Notes: generated by a model not told the origin, from the letters alone. 64,000 bases of DNA from a bacterium (GCA_963674695.2 CAXXGI010000001.1:970813-1034812), one strand, 5' to 3'; positions 28,959 to 39,562 are shown, counted from the first letter of the stretch. Program-made: numbers and translations.

Positions 28959-30449
28959 TCACCGGCGTTTGCGATAGATCATCGGGGTCATCGCCACGAT
29001 CAGGAAGAGCAGGCCAAAGGGATTGGCCGTCGTCGCCTCGACGAGACTCAGGCCACAACCGCCACCCTCGCTCATTGGATTGCCGTCATCATCATCATCG
29101 TCATCGCCGTTCGGGCCAGGGCCTGGGATGACGATCGAACAGCTCACGTCATCCGGATTGTCGTCACAAAAGGCCTCGCTGCCGGGACAGCTCGGGTCAT
29201 CCGGATTGTCGTCACAGAACTCCTCATTGCCGGGGCAGCTCGGATCGCTGGGGTTGAGATCACAATCGACGCCCGGATCGGTGCACGCAGGATCCTCGGG
29301 ATTGAGATCGCAGTCGACGACCGGGTCCGTGCACTCGGGATCATCGGTATGTTCTTCACAATACGCCTCGCTTCCAGGACACAAGGCGCTCTCGGGATTG
29401 AGGTCGCAATCAAAAACATAATAACACCCCGGCGAATTTGGAAATTGCGCGCAATCGATGAGGGTATAACCACCGGGAATGATGACACCCGTTCCGGGGA
29501 TCACGAGATATCCATCGCGATCATTTGGAATCCCATCGCGGTCGCTATCGACTGAACAGAGGTCCGCGCCCGGCTTTAACGCCACGCCCGGCCCCTGCAC
29601 GCAGTTGGTCATCCGAATCCAGGGAGTGATTTCGGTGTCGTCATTCAGATTATTGACGGTATCGTTGTCGCGGATCACGCGAAAGAAGCGCCCTTCGATA
29701 GGATACATGCTTGCACCGATATCATTTGCTTCAAAATCACACTCGACAACATCATCGCCAAGATGGCTGCATTCCCGCATGTCGCCAAGGAAACGCTCCA
29801 TAGCGATCTCATCACTCGCATACGGTGCGAGTCCCTCCTGAATGCGCAGGTCGCGCCAATTCGATTCCATCGCCACATGAATTCGAAATGAATAGTATTG
29901 GGTATTCCCTGATTTTCGAGCATCTATCAGCGTCAGGAAATGATGTGGAACCACGCTCAGATCGAACACCGGGAGATCCGCCTGAACGATGTCGAAGTTG
30001 CGCTCGACATTTTCACAGAGATCCGCATCGCCGAGCTGCGCCTCAATGAATCCATCCTCGATGGCTCCGCGCCGCAGCCGATCGCTGAGCTGACACATGC
30101 GCGCCTTGATATGAACGCCGATCGAATCGTTGCGCTTGATCGCACCGGGAGCAGCCGTCACGGTGCAGCGCGCCTTGTCTTCGTCATCGAGAAACGTGCA
30201 CTGTACATCCTCGAAGCGCGTGGCGGGGTCGGAGAGGAGATAGGCGTACGTCCCGTTGTCGAGAACGACCTCGTCCGGATAGAGCTTGCCGCTCACCTGA
30301 GTCTCAATGATCAGGACGTCCTTGTCCTTCGGAAACTCGAAGCGCAGCGTATAGTCGGACGCATTCTCCGAAAGCGGAGAGTTGCACCCGAATGCCGCGC
30401 CGAAGAGACCGAGGGCGAGAACGAGAATGAGTACGCGCTTGTTCATCAT
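28959..30449 (-). CDS. Cys/Asp-rich surface lipoprotein with C-terminal sorting anchor
   Basis: Lipobox AFGC; 13-aa DCDLNPxxPxC-type repeats; GGGCGLS + TM + RKRR. Confidence 0.8.
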   Translation of the reverse strand: MMNKRVLILVLALGLFGAAFGCNSPLSENASDYTLRFEFPKDKDVLIIETQVSGKLYPDEVVLDNGTYAYLLSDPATRFEDVQCTFLDDEDKARCTVTAAPGAIKRNDSIGVHIKARMCQLSDRLRRGAIEDGFIEAQLGDADLCENVERNFDIVQADLPVFDLSVVPHHFLTLIDARKSGNTQYYSFRIHVAMESNWRDLRIQEGLAPYASDEIAMERFLGDMRECSHLGDDVVECDFEANDIGASMYPIEGRFFRVIRDNDTVNNLNDDTEITPWIRMTNCVQGPGVALKPGADLCSVDSDRDGIPNDRDGYLVIPGTGVIIPGGYTLIDCAQFPNSPGCYYVFDCDLNPESALCPGSEAYCEEHTDDPECTDPVVDCDLNPEDPACTDPGVDCDLNPSDPSCPGNEEFCDDNPDDPSCPGSEAFCDDNPDDVSCSIVIPGPGPNGDDDDDDDGNPMSEGGGCGLSLVEATTANPFGLLFLIVAMTPMIYRKRR

Positions 30450-30490
30450 AGTGCCTCCTTGGCCCGGAAGAGGGCCTCACCGCTTTAATT

Positions 30491-30506
30491 TGCAAGCCCC
30501 ATGCCA
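30491..30506 (-). promoter_or_regulatory. Sigma-54 (-24/-12) promoter
   Basis: TGGCATGGGGCTTGCA about 40 nt upstream of the 30449 start. Confidence 0.7.
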
Positions 30507-30684
30507 GAACACAGCACTCAGAACCAACTGAAATCACTGGAAGAATTAGAACACACGATAAAGAATTGGGGGATGGAGCGTCGTATTTGGCGACAGCAGT
30601 CGCCACGCAAGCGCATTCCATAACGTTCCCGATGCCCTCGAAAAATGCTGGTCATGAGGGGCAGGCATCGCTAGAGAGGGGGCG

Positions 30685-31416
30685 ATGAAGAGTGCCACAC
30701 AGAAGATCCTCATCACCGGGGCCACGGGCTCGATCGGAGAGGCGATCGCGAAACGGCTCGCCGCACCGGGGCGTGCGCTCGTTTTGGGCACGCATCGCAA
30801 TGCCGACGCCGCGCATGCGCTCGCACAGGAGCTCTCGACGAACGCGTGCACCGCCTCGGTGATCGCGATGGATATCACCCCGCCGGAGGCACCGCGGCGC
30901 ATCGTGGGTGAAGCAGCCAACCGGATGGACGGCCTGGATGCCCTGATCCACTGTGCGGCGACGTTTGAGCGCACACCGCTCATGGATCTGGATGAAGCGG
31001 CATGGCATCGAACGATCGATGCGAATCTCACCGCGACCTTCTTCCTCGCCCAGGCCGCCGCACGCACAATGGAGGGCCGCGGCGGCAGGATGATCTTCTT
31101 CTCAGACGTCGCCGCACAGAAACCGTATGGCGACTGGCTCCCCTATAGCATCGCCAAAGCGGGGGTGGAGGCGCTGGTCAAGGGACTGGCCAAGAAGCTC
31201 ACGCCAAAAATCATCGTCAACGCCATCGCCCCGTATCTCGCCTCGCAACCGGAGGGGATGGACGACGATACATTTGCACAACTCATCGCCAAGACGCCGA
31301 TGCAACGCGCACAGTCTCCAGAAGAAATCGCCACGCTCGCGGCATGGCTCATCGATGAGGCTCATTCCATCACCGGACAGGTGATCGCTGTGGATGGGGG
31401 ACGCACACTTCCGTGA
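30685..31416 (+). CDS. SDR oxidoreductase, pteridine reductase/FolM-like
   Basis: ITGATGSIG, YSIAK, VNAIAP, ITGQVIAVDGG; adjacent to queD. Confidence 0.8.
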   Translation: MKSATQKILITGATGSIGEAIAKRLAAPGRALVLGTHRNADAAHALAQELSTNACTASVIAMDITPPEAPRRIVGEAANRMDGLDALIHCAATFERTPLMDLDEAAWHRTIDANLTATFFLAQAAARTMEGRGGRMIFFSDVAAQKPYGDWLPYSIAKAGVEALVKGLAKKLTPKIIVNAIAPYLASQPEGMDDDTFAQLIAKTPMQRAQSPEEIATLAAWLIDEAHSITGQVIAVDGGRTLP

Positions 31417-31477
31417 CACGTGACACGTGACCACGTAACGCATGTCCCTCGTTACGTGTTACGTGTTACGTGTTACG
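31413..31477. repeat. GTGACAC / GTTACGT 7-mer repeats in inverted arrangement
   Basis: Read directly between the SDR gene and queD. Confidence 0.8.
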
Positions 31478-31486
31478 GCATTCAAC

Positions 31487-31888
31487 ATGTACACCGTATC
31501 CAAAACCTTCACCTTCAGCTACGGCCATCGGCTCTTGCACGATGCGGGCCGCTGCCGACACCTGCACGGCCACACCGGACGCGCGACGATCGTGCTCGCG
31601 CGCGATGCACTCGATGCAAACGGCATGGTCTGCCACTTCGACCGACTGAAGGAAACGATCGGCACCTGGATCCACGACACCCTCGATCACGCCCTCCTGC
31701 TCAATGCGGAGGACCCACTGACGCTGTTGCTGCGCGACGCGAACGAACGCTTCCTGCCGATGGAGGGAAACCCAACTGCCGAACGCATCGCCGAACTCAT
31801 ATTCGACCAAGCCCGCACCTTCAATCTCCCCATCCACGCCGTCGAGGTCTGGGAATCAGAGACCTCAAAGGCCACCGTCACCACTTGA
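31487..31888 (+). CDS. queD: 6-carboxytetrahydropterin synthase / PTPS family
   Basis: FSYGHRL, CRHLHGH, LDH, NPTAERIA, VWESE. Confidence 0.9.
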   Translation: MYTVSKTFTFSYGHRLLHDAGRCRHLHGHTGRATIVLARDALDANGMVCHFDRLKETIGTWIHDTLDHALLLNAEDPLTLLLRDANERFLPMEGNPTAERIAELIFDQARTFNLPIHAVEVWESETSKATVTT

Positions 31889-31912
31889 AATTGATCATTG
31901 CCGATGTTCCTT

Positions 31913-32153
31913 GTCCCGACCGAACGCAATGCCTCACTGGTGCGCCTTGCGGAGCGAGCCGTTTTGGCCTGCGAAGAGACGTCGGTTGAGACCCTTAGGT
32001 CTCAATTCCGAGTGATGTTTGAGCCCGCCAAAAATCTTATGCGCTCTTCTTCCTTCGGCGGGCGAGTTCGCGAGGAAAGACGGATCGAGTCAGATGCCAA
32101 AACGTGCAAGCGGAGCGTAAGCGCACCAGTGAGGCATTGCGTTCGGTCGGGAC
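31913..32153. repeat. Structured non-coding element, copy 1
   Basis: 33-bp perfect terminal IR around a ~165-nt core that recurs at 33032. Confidence 0.9.
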
Positions 32154-32181
32154 GTGAAGACGGCAGCACAACTTTATGCGC

Positions 32182-32207
32182 AAAAAAAGGCGACCGGGAG
32201 GCCGCCT
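32182..32207 (-). terminator. Intrinsic terminator of nfu
   Basis: AGGCGGCC/GGTCGCC hairpin plus T7 on the minus strand. Confidence 0.65.
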
Positions 32208-32231
32208 CTTCGTCGAGCTGTTTTGCTTCGT

Positions 32232-32459
32232 CTATCCCGAGACCACTTCCTTCAGTTCCGGAAACGCCTTCTTGAGCGCCGCTTCAACACCCGACTTGAG
32301 CGTCATGAGCGAAAACGGACAGCATCCGCACGCGCCCGTGAGTTTCACCACGACCGTATTGTCGTCCTTGATCTCGATGAGATCGATGCCACCGCCGTCG
32401 GCTGCGAGCCGTGGGCGGATCTGCTCTTCGATGACCTTCTCGACCGCCTGCTTATCCAT
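32232..32459 (-). CDS. NifU/Nfu family Fe-S scaffold protein
   Basis: IRPRLAADGGGIDL, LTGACGCCPFS, TLKSGVE. Confidence 0.92.
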   Translation of the reverse strand: MDKQAVEKVIEEQIRPRLAADGGGIDLIEIKDDNTVVVKLTGACGCCPFSLMTLKSGVEAALKKAFPELKEVVSG

Positions 32460-32475
32460 GTGAATCCTCCTTGAT

Positions 32476-32844
32476 TTACTGCTGATAGTCACTGGCACAA
32501 CTGATCGTGCAGGTTTCCCCCGCACAACTCAGCATGATGCGCGTGTATTTGTCATAGCGATAGGTACCCGACGCATCGAGCGCCTTGCCGAACTGGCGCC
32601 GAAAGGTCGATTCCATCTTCGCCTTCGCGCCGCCCTGCGCCTGCATGCTCTGTGCATAGCGCTGGCAGTCGAGCAAACCCCGCGACGCCTCGGCCTGCGC
32701 CTGGCGCGGTGCAGGCGAAACCGTCTCGGCCTGCGCCAACAACGTCGGCTTGTCCGCCGCCACACTGCCGGATTCCGGATAGACCGCTCCGATCGCCAAT
32801 GCTGCCGAGATCACCACTGCTCCCCATATCATGATTCGCTTCAT
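32476..32844 (-). CDS. Exported hypothetical protein
   Basis: GAAAGGGAGG RBS, signal-like N-terminus, four Cys. Confidence 0.6.
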   Translation of the reverse strand: MKRIMIWGAVVISAALAIGAVYPESGSVAADKPTLLAQAETVSPAPRQAQAEASRGLLDCQRYAQSMQAQGGAKAKMESTFRRQFGKALDASGTYRYDKYTRIMLSCAGETCTISCASDYQQ

Positions 32845-32998
32845 CGTATCCTCCCTTTCATTCTGCGGCCGAATGCGGCACGCAGGGTGATTTCGCGCAC
32901 AGCAAACCCGGATTGTCAAGACGACCAAAACCCGTCATAAGGAACAGGGATCAGGACCGTGCGTCCTGATGGGAGATGTCAAACGGGAACATGTTTTC

Positions 32999-33225
32999 AC
33001 GGCGAGGATTTCCCAGGGTCGTTCATCGCGAAGCGAGCCGTTTTGGCCTGCGAGAAGACGTCGGTTGAGACCTTTAGGTCTCAATTCCGAGTGATGTTTG
33101 AGCCCGCCAAAAATCTCATGCGCCCTTCTTCCTTCGGCGGGCGAGTTCGCGAGGAAAGACGGCTCGAGACAGATGCCAAAACGTGCGAGAGAAGCGAAAG
33201 AACGACCCTGGGAAATCCTCGCCGT
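32999..33225. repeat. Structured non-coding element, copy 2
   Basis: 26-bp perfect terminal IR unrelated to that of copy 1, around the same core. Confidence 0.9.
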
Positions 33226-33254
33226 AAAACCGAATTCCTGCTTTGGAGGTGCGG

Positions 33255-33854
33255 ATGACCGCACGCCGTTCAAAATCTCTCTGGTATCTGGCGATGATCG
33301 CCTATTTTACGGTCGGATACATGACGATCAACGCGCTCTCCCAGGGCCGTACGCACTTCTGGGATGTCTCGCTCCCCTTTGAATCGCAGATCCCGTTCCT
33401 GCCGATCTTCATCTTCGGCTATGTCCTGGTCTACGGAACCGTGGTGGCCGTCTACTTCGTCCTGGACGAGGGCGCCGAGTGGAGACGCGCGGTCGTCACC
33501 TTCTTTCTCGCAACGACCTTGGCGTATGGCTTCTTTCTCCTCCTGCCCGTACGCATGGAGCTGCGACCGGATCTTACGGAACTGACCGGCTTCAATGTCC
33601 TTGCGACCCAGCTCTATTATCGGATCGACCTGCCCTACAACTGCTTCCCCTCGCTGCACGTCACCTATCCGACGCTGGCCACACTCGTTTCCTGGCGCGG
33701 GCATCGCATCTGGCGATGGATCTTTCTCGCGATGACCGCGATCATCGCCGTGTCGGTGGTGCTGGTCAAACAGCACTACATCGCCGATGTCGTCGCGGGA
33801 TTTCTGAATGCGGGATTGTGTTTTTGGATTGCGAAAAAGGCAGTGAGATTGTGA
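33255..33854 (+). CDS. PAP2-superfamily membrane phosphatase/phosphoesterase
   Basis: RP, NCFPSLHV, KQHYIADV. Confidence 0.85.
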   Translation: MTARRSKSLWYLAMIAYFTVGYMTINALSQGRTHFWDVSLPFESQIPFLPIFIFGYVLVYGTVVAVYFVLDEGAEWRRAVVTFFLATTLAYGFFLLLPVRMELRPDLTELTGFNVLATQLYYRIDLPYNCFPSLHVTYPTLATLVSWRGHRIWRWIFLAMTAIIAVSVVLVKQHYIADVVAGFLNAGLCFWIAKKAVRL

Positions 33855-34027
33855 GATAGCAAAATGGTGAGATGGCTAAAGGCAAGATCGTGAGATGGTG
33901 AGATGGCTGAATCGCATGATGGCTAAAATCGATTTTGGGTTGAGCTATCTCACTATTGAGCTATCTCGCGATCTCACGATCTGACTATTGAGCCATCTCA
34001 CCATTTAGCCATTCAGCCATCTCACAA
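33843..34027. repeat. Inverted low-complexity repeat (GTGAGATGG / CCATCTCAC units)
   Basis: Left half is rich in GTGAGAT units, right half in ATCTCAC units, between convergent genes. Confidence 0.85.
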
Positions 34028-34028
34028 A

Positions 34029-34814
34029 TCACACCTTCGAATGCTCGACGCTGATCACCTCAACGCCGTCCTCCAGGACAACACCGAGATCGGCAAAGAG
34101 ATTGGGCGCCTCCTCCTTCATCAGACGACACATCGTCACGGCCAGCTCGCGGATCTCGGTGTCGGCATGCGCACTCCCGCGCATCTCGAAGAAGTGACGC
34201 AGCGCGCGCGCATTGGCGGTGATGAAAATCTTTGTCTCGGTAGCGTTGGGCAAGACCGAGCGCGCCGACTGCCGCACGATCTTGCGCCGATCGGTCTGGG
34301 AGAGCTCCGGGTGGAGCTCCTTCACCACCGGGTCGGTCGCCTCGACCAGGTCACAATAGCAGCGGTGTGCATCCTGAACCGCCTCGAGCCACTTTCCATA
34401 CAGCTCCGGGTGCTCGCGATAGAAGGGCGGGCAGACATAGCGCGCATCAGACTCATCGACATAGCGTTGGGAAAGTTGGCTATATCCCCAACCGGATCTG
34501 TGTCGGATGAGTTCGTGCGTGAGGGAACGCGAGATGCCGGTGATGAGAAAATTCCAGACGCAGTGTTCGAGGACCGAGCCGTGATGGCTGGAGATGATCC
34601 GGTCGAGATAGTCGCGGTTGGTCTTGCGCCCCTTGCCGAAGGACATGTAACAGGTGCGGCCCGCCGTTTCCGCGAGCACCTCGGCGGCCACATCGGTGTC
34701 GGTTGAAAAGGCCATCCCCTCATCGTCGATGAACCCCTCCAACACCTTGGTATCGACTTGTTGTCGGCCAACGAGATAGACCCGCGCTTCGGTAACGATC
34801 TGATCCTTTGTCAT
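34029..34814 (-). CDS. thyX: Flavin-dependent thymidylate synthase
   Basis: HGSVLEH, SRSLTHELIRHR, SQLSQRYV, ARSVLPNATET, NARALRHF, EIR. Confidence 0.96.
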   Translation of the reverse strand: MTKDQIVTEARVYLVGRQQVDTKVLEGFIDDEGMAFSTDTDVAAEVLAETAGRTCYMSFGKGRKTNRDYLDRIISSHHGSVLEHCVWNFLITGISRSLTHELIRHRSGWGYSQLSQRYVDESDARYVCPPFYREHPELYGKWLEAVQDAHRCYCDLVEATDPVVKELHPELSQTDRRKIVRQSARSVLPNATETKIFITANARALRHFFEMRGSAHADTEIRELAVTMCRLMKEEAPNLFADLGVVLEDGVEVISVEHSKV

Positions 34815-34833
34815 TGTTTGTTCCCACTCCGTT

Positions 34834-34929
34834 TGTCATCCTCGAATGGTGTCATCGGGGATCCAGTCTCATAAAGTCGTACACAAAGACACCTGGCTGG
34901 ATTCCCGCTTTAAGCATGCAGGAATGACA
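34834..34929. repeat. GTCAT-type REP-like palindrome pair
   Basis: TGTCATCC...GGATCCAG / CTGGATTCC...GGAATGACA. Confidence 0.7.
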
Positions 34930-34977
34930 TGCGTACAAAACGAGGTTTTTAGAGGTGTTCTCATGCCATTGCAACGC

Positions 34978-37900
34978 CTAGGAACATCCCATCGAATTTC
35001 CGCAGTTGAGACACTTATAGCACGCGCCGTTGCGGACGGTGACGTGCCCACACTGGTCGCAGAACGGGGCGTCGCCCATCATGTTCTGCAGGTGTGCGCC
35101 CATGCCGGCCGTCTTCGGCTTGGCCTCGGCCAACTGCACGACCACGCCGGAGGCGGAGGTCGATGTCGAAAGCCCTGTGGCGGCTGAGGTATGCATCGCC
35201 CCCGCGCTCACCGCCGCGATCGCGGGAAGTGCCTCGTCGGCGTCGTCATCGTTGCGCTTTTTGGGAACCGACGGCTTCACCGTGACGCTCACCCGTTTGG
35301 GGTCGGGCGTCTTCGCCGCCTTCTTGTCCGCAGCATCGCCACGCTCGATCTCGGCTTTGACGTCATCGTCCTTCGTGGGCTTGACCTGCACGAAGTCGGT
35401 GCGGCCGAGGTATTCCATGCCCAGCACGCGGAAGACGTAGTCGATCACCGACGTCGCCATCTTGATGTTGGGATGATCGACAACACCCTGCGGCTCAAAC
35501 CGCGTGAAGGTGAAACAGTCGACGTATTCGTCGAGCGGAACGCCGTACTGCAGCCCCAGGCTCACCGCGATGGCGAAGCAGTTCATCATGCTGCGCAGCG
35601 CCGCCCCTTCCTTGTGCATATCGATGAAGAGTTCGCCGAGCGTGCCGTCCTCGTGCTCACCGGTGCGCAGATAGACCTTGTGCCCGCCGACGCGCGCCTC
35701 CTGCGTAAAACCGCTGCGCTTTTTGGGAAGGCGACGGCGTTTGAGAACCGGCTGTGCGGCGATCGCCGGCTGCGCCGCAACATCCTCAGAGACATCGGTC
35801 GAGTCCTCTTTCCTCTTTCGATCGGACGCGCTCGAAGTGAGCGGCTGGGAGAGCTTGCATCCGTCGCGATAGAGCGCCACGGCCTTGAGCCCCATGCGCC
35901 AGGAATCGACGATGAGGCGCTCGATCTCCTCGGCGGTAATCTCACGCGGCAGGTTGATCGTCTTGGAGATCGCGCCCGAGATAAATTTCTGCGCCGCACT
36001 CATCATCTTCAGGTGCGACATGGGCAGGAGATAGCGCGTGCCGATCTTTCCACACGCGTTCGCGCAGTCGAAGACCGGCAGGTGCTCGGCCTTGAGGTTG
36101 GGCGCACCCTCGATCGTCATGCGTCCGCAGATCTCGGCGCTGGCTTCCGCGATCTGCTTCTCGGAGAAACCGAGCTCACTGAGCAGATCGAACCCGGGCT
36201 TCTCATACTGCTCTTCGGTGAACCCGAAGCGTGCCATCGCTTCGCGCCCCAGGGCCTGCGACGTGAAGGCATAGGGCAGATCGAAGACGCCCGCGAGCGC
36301 TCCTTCGACCTTATCGAGGTCCTCGTCGGAAAACCCCTTATCGCGCAACGAATGGGCGTTGATGTGAGGCGTGCCCACGAGCGACGTGGTCCCCTGAACA
36401 TAGGTGATGATCTGAGCGATCTCCTCGTCGCTGTAGCCGAGACGGCGAAGCGCCTTGGGCACCGAACCGTTGACGATCTTGAAGTAACCGCCGCCGGCGA
36501 GCTTTTTGAATTTCACGAGCGAAAAATCCGGCTCGATCCCGGTGGTGTCGCAGTCCATGAGCAGGCCGATCGTCCCGGTGGGAGCCAGCACCGTCACCTG
36601 CGCGTTGCGGAACCCCCAGCGTTCGCCGTCGGCCAGACAGCGATCCCATTCGTCGCGCGCCGCCTTGACGAGCGAGGAGGGGCAGCTGTTCGTCGGAATC
36701 TCATAGGCCGCATCGCGGTGCATGCGCATGACCTCGAGCATGGATTCACGGTTCTTCGCATATTCGGGGAAGGCGCCGACTTCACCAGCAATCTCGGCGC
36801 TGGCGCGATAGGCCGTGCCGGTCATGACAGCCGTGATCGCCTCACACCAGGTGCGCGCCTCGTCCGAATCGTAGGGAAGACCGTTGACCATCAGCATCGT
36901 TCCCAGGTTGGCATAGCCCAACCCGAGCGGACGGAAGCGATGGCTGTTCGTCGCGATCGGCTCGGTCGGATAGGAGGAGAAATCGACGAGGATCTCTTGC
37001 GCGATGATGAAGACGCGGCAGGCGTGTTGGAACGCCTCGACGTCGAACGTTCCGCTCGCCTCGTCGTAGAACTTCATGAGATTGAGCGAAGCCAGATTGC
37101 ACGCGCTGTTGTCGACAAACATAAATTCGGAACACGGATTCGACGCGTTGATCGGCCCGCTGCCACGACAGGTGTGCCACTTGTTGATCGTGGTATCGAA
37201 CTGCACGCCGGGATCGGCGCAGGCCCACGCGGCGTAGGAGAGCTTATGCATCAGGTCGCGCGCGGGGATGCGCTGGTGCACTTCGTTCGTCGTGCGAAGG
37301 CGGGTCTCCCAAGCATCGTCGTTGACGTAGGCATACATGAACTCGTCGGAGAGCCGCACGGAGTTGTTCGAGTTCTGGCCCGAGACGGTCTTGTACGCAT
37401 CGCCGTTGAAGTCGGAGGAATACCCCGCCTCGATGAGCGCGGCGACCTTGCGCTCCTCGCCGACCTTCCAGTCGATGAAGTCGATGATCTCGGGGTGGTC
37501 GACGTCGAGGCAGACCATCTTGGCCGCGCGACGCGTCGTACCGCCGGACTTGGTCGCACCCGCACCGCGGTCGAGCACCTCGAGGAAACTCATAAGGCCG
37601 GAGCTGGTGCCGCCGCCGGAGAGCTTTTCAAAACGCGAACGGAGGTGAGAAAAGTTGGTGCCCGTGCCGGAACCGAACTTGAAGAGCCGCACCTCGTTCT
37701 TGGCGAGGTCGAAGATGGACATCAGGTCATCATCGACGGCCTGAATGAAACAGGCCGAGCACTGCGGATGTTCGTAGGAGTTTTCCGTGCAGGCGAACGC
37801 ATCGTTTGCGGCATCCCACGTCCAATTGCCGCCGCTGCCCTCGATGCCATAGGAATGATAGAGCCCACAGTTGAACCAGACGGGCGAGTTGAACGCACCG

Positions 37901-38328
37901 ATCTGATGGACGAGCATGTGCGCGAGCTCGGCCTCGAAGACATCGGCATCGTCGGTCGTGGCGAAGTAGCCGCCCATCTCCTCACCCGCGCCGCGAATGG
38001 CGCGCACGATACGGGTGACGACCTGACGCACGGAGGTCTCATGCCCTGCACCCGGAACGCCGCGCTTGCGAAAATATTTCGAGACGAGGATATCGGTGGC
38101 CAGCTGCGACCACCCCTCGGGGACCTCGGCGCCATCCATGCGGAAGACGACGGAGCCGTCGGGATTGGTGATGAGGCTGGAGCGCTTGGTATAGGTGACC
38201 AGATCCAGCGGATCCTTGCCGGGACGAGTGAAACGCCGCTCGAGGCTCAACCCCTTCGTACCCCCCGAAAGTTTCGCCTTGGCCTTGCCCTGCCCCTTGT
38301 TCGTGCGCGCCAACGACCTCGTCCCCAT
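34978..38328 (-). CDS. nrdJ: Class II (B12-dependent) ribonucleotide reductase with TSCPD and Zn-ribbon C-terminus
   Basis: [50 protein letters not shown]...CYKCLNCG. Confidence 0.96.
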   Translation of the reverse strand: MGTRSLARTNKGQGKAKAKLSGGTKGLSLERRFTRPGKDPLDLVTYTKRSSLITNPDGSVVFRMDGAEVPEGWSQLATDILVSKYFRKRGVPGAGHETSVRQVVTRIVRAIRGAGEEMGGYFATTDDADVFEAELAHMLVHQIGAFNSPVWFNCGLYHSYGIEGSGGNWTWDAANDAFACTENSYEHPQCSACFIQAVDDDLMSIFDLAKNEVRLFKFGSGTGTNFSHLRSRFEKLSGGGTSSGLMSFLEVLDRGAGATKSGGTTRRAAKMVCLDVDHPEIIDFIDWKVGEERKVAALIEAGYSSDFNGDAYKTVSGQNSNNSVRLSDEFMYAYVNDDAWETRLRTTNEVHQRIPARDLMHKLSYAAWACADPGVQFDTTINKWHTCRGSGPINASNPCSEFMFVDNSACNLASLNLMKFYDEASGTFDVEAFQHACRVFIIAQEILVDFSSYPTEPIATNSHRFRPLGLGYANLGTMLMVNGLPYDSDEARTWCEAITAVMTGTAYRASAEIAGEVGAFPEYAKNRESMLEVMRMHRDAAYEIPTNSCPSSLVKAARDEWDRCLADGERWGFRNAQVTVLAPTGTIGLLMDCDTTGIEPDFSLVKFKKLAGGGYFKIVNGSVPKALRRLGYSDEEIAQIITYVQGTTSLVGTPHINAHSLRDKGFSDEDLDKVEGALAGVFDLPYAFTSQALGREAMARFGFTEEQYEKPGFDLLSELGFSEKQIAEASAEICGRMTIEGAPNLKAEHLPVFDCANACGKIGTRYLLPMSHLKMMSAAQKFISGAISKTINLPREITAEEIERLIVDSWRMGLKAVALYRDGCKLSQPLTSSASDRKRKEDSTDVSEDVAAQPAIAAQPVLKRRRLPKKRSGFTQEARVGGHKVYLRTGEHEDGTLGELFIDMHKEGAALRSMMNCFAIAVSLGLQYGVPLDEYVDCFTFTRFEPQGVVDHPNIKMATSVIDYVFRVLGMEYLGRTDFVQVKPTKDDDVKAEIERGDAADKKAAKTPDPKRVSVTVKPSVPKKRNDDDADEALPAIAAVSAGAMHTSAATGLSTSTSASGVVVQLAEAKPKTAGMGAHLQNMMGDAPFCDQCGHVTVRNGACYKCLNCGNSMGCS

Positions 38329-38386
38329 GATGCCCCCTCTTAGTCGGATAATTTCGTTTTAAGCGACAAAAAGCCCCCCGACGGGC

Positions 38387-38469
38387 TGTGGATAAACAAA
38401 AGGGATAAAACAAAAACAATTTCAATTACTTATAGTCTTTTCCCCCGTTTATGCACCGTCTTATCCACA
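38387..38469. promoter_or_regulatory. Two perfect DnaA boxes
   Basis: TGTGGATAA at 38387-38395 and TTATCCACA at 38461-38469 upstream of nrdJ. Confidence 0.6.
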
Positions 38470-38513
38470 ACATATTGTGTGTATACCTATTGGTAAACCA
38501 CTACATGTTGTGG
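38465..38513. promoter_or_regulatory. Tandem NrdR boxes
   Basis: CCACAACATATTGTGT and CCACTACATGTTGTGG, starts 33 bp apart, upstream of nrdJ. Confidence 0.8.
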
Positions 38514-38749
38514 TGTCAAAGGAAAAAAAGGGAGCGCTACAATTATCTTGCCTATGCTCTTGAATTCCCGTTATACGAAACGCATCTTCGCCCCCTGACC
38601 GCTTTTGTATGGATCGATGACGTCAGCGGAAAATCGCACCCCGGAAGGATCCTGGGCGATCGACCGGCGTAGATGGTTGTGAAAAGGGAATCAACGGGAA
38701 ACGCTTCGGAAACAGACTGTCATTTCGATTGCTTCCGAAAGAGAGTCGC

Positions 38750-39562
38750 ATGAGCAACTTCACCAAATATGCCAGCGGTGCCAAGTCCCCCGACAGTCGC
38801 AACCTCGGGGATGAGTGGGCCAACTGGGATGGACGCGACGGCGGGACCATCCATGAGGGGAAGGGGCTCTTCGCGGCCACCGCCCTCTTGGTCCTCCTCG
38901 GCGCCGGCGCCGGCCTCGCGCTCCTCATCTATCTGATCTCACCGCGACTCACCCAGTGGGCGAGCTGGCTGCCCACATTCGCCTGGGTCGCCACAGGCGC
39001 CGCCATCGTCTTCGCCCTCATCTGGTATGCGCTCTTCGTCACCACCTTCCGCACCGAACGCAACTGTCTGCCCGCCCGAAACTGGACGCGGCCGCTCTTC
39101 GACCTGATCTTCGCCGGCGTCTTTCGCGTGGGGGAGATGCTGGGGATCACGCGCGATCGCATGGGTCACTCCTTCGTGCGCATCTCCAACGCCCTTTCGC
39201 GGTCGGCAAAGAAACCCGGCCGCGACGAGACGCTCCTGCTCCTCCTGCCGCGCTGCCTGACCAAGGAACTGATCAAAGAGATCACAGCGCTCAAAGAGCG
39301 CTATCCGATCCATGTCCATATCGTCTCCGGCGGAGAATTGGCGCGCAAGAAGGTGCGCGAGCTCATGCCCACCGCCGTCATCGGCGTCGCCTGTGAACGC
39401 GACCTGGTCAGCGGCATCCGCGATGTCGGGGAAAAACTCTCGGTCATTGGCATCCCGAACGCGCGCCCCGAAGGGCCGTGTGTCAACACGACGATCGATA
39501 TGAACACCCTCATCGAAGCGATCGAATTTTATGTGGGAAAGCCGAAGGCGATGGTTTCATGA
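38750..39562 (+). CDS. DUF116 domain membrane protein
   Basis: LLLPRCL, GGELARK, AVIGVACERDL..G, N.RPEGPCVNT. Confidence 0.85.
   Translation: MSNFTKYASGAKSPDSRNLGDEWANWDGRDGGTIHEGKGLFAATALLVLLGAGAGLALLIYLISPRLTQWASWLPTFAWVATGAAIVFALIWYALFVTTFRTERNCLPARNWTRPLFDLIFAGVFRVGEMLGITRDRMGHSFVRISNALSRSAKKPGRDETLLLLLPRCLTKELIKEITALKERYPIHVHIVSGGELARKKVRELMPTAVIGVACERDLVSGIRDVGEKLSVIGIPNARPEGPCVNTTIDMNTLIEAIEFYVGKPKAMVS

Noticed and set aside
31953-33196. Repeat pair as DGR template and variable repeats
   Set aside because: Both copies are intergenic, differences are not confined to adenines, and there is no reverse transcriptase in the window
31898-33273. Short ORFs 31898-32275, 32959-33258 and 32935-33273
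   Set aside because: They are translations of the structured repeat, with no RBS or protein motif
34978-38328. Intein in nrdJ
   Set aside because: No splice-junction or homing endonuclease motifs; length is explained by the usual insert and TSCPD domain
35191-38343. 1050-aa plus-strand ORF and other long antisense ORFs (e.g. 11602-13953, 2920-4239)
   Set aside because: Shadow frames of well-supported genes in high-GC DNA
38380-38520. AT-rich region with DnaA boxes as oriC
   Set aside because: Only two perfect boxes, no dnaA/dnaN/gidA context, and NrdR boxes explain it as the nrdJ promoter
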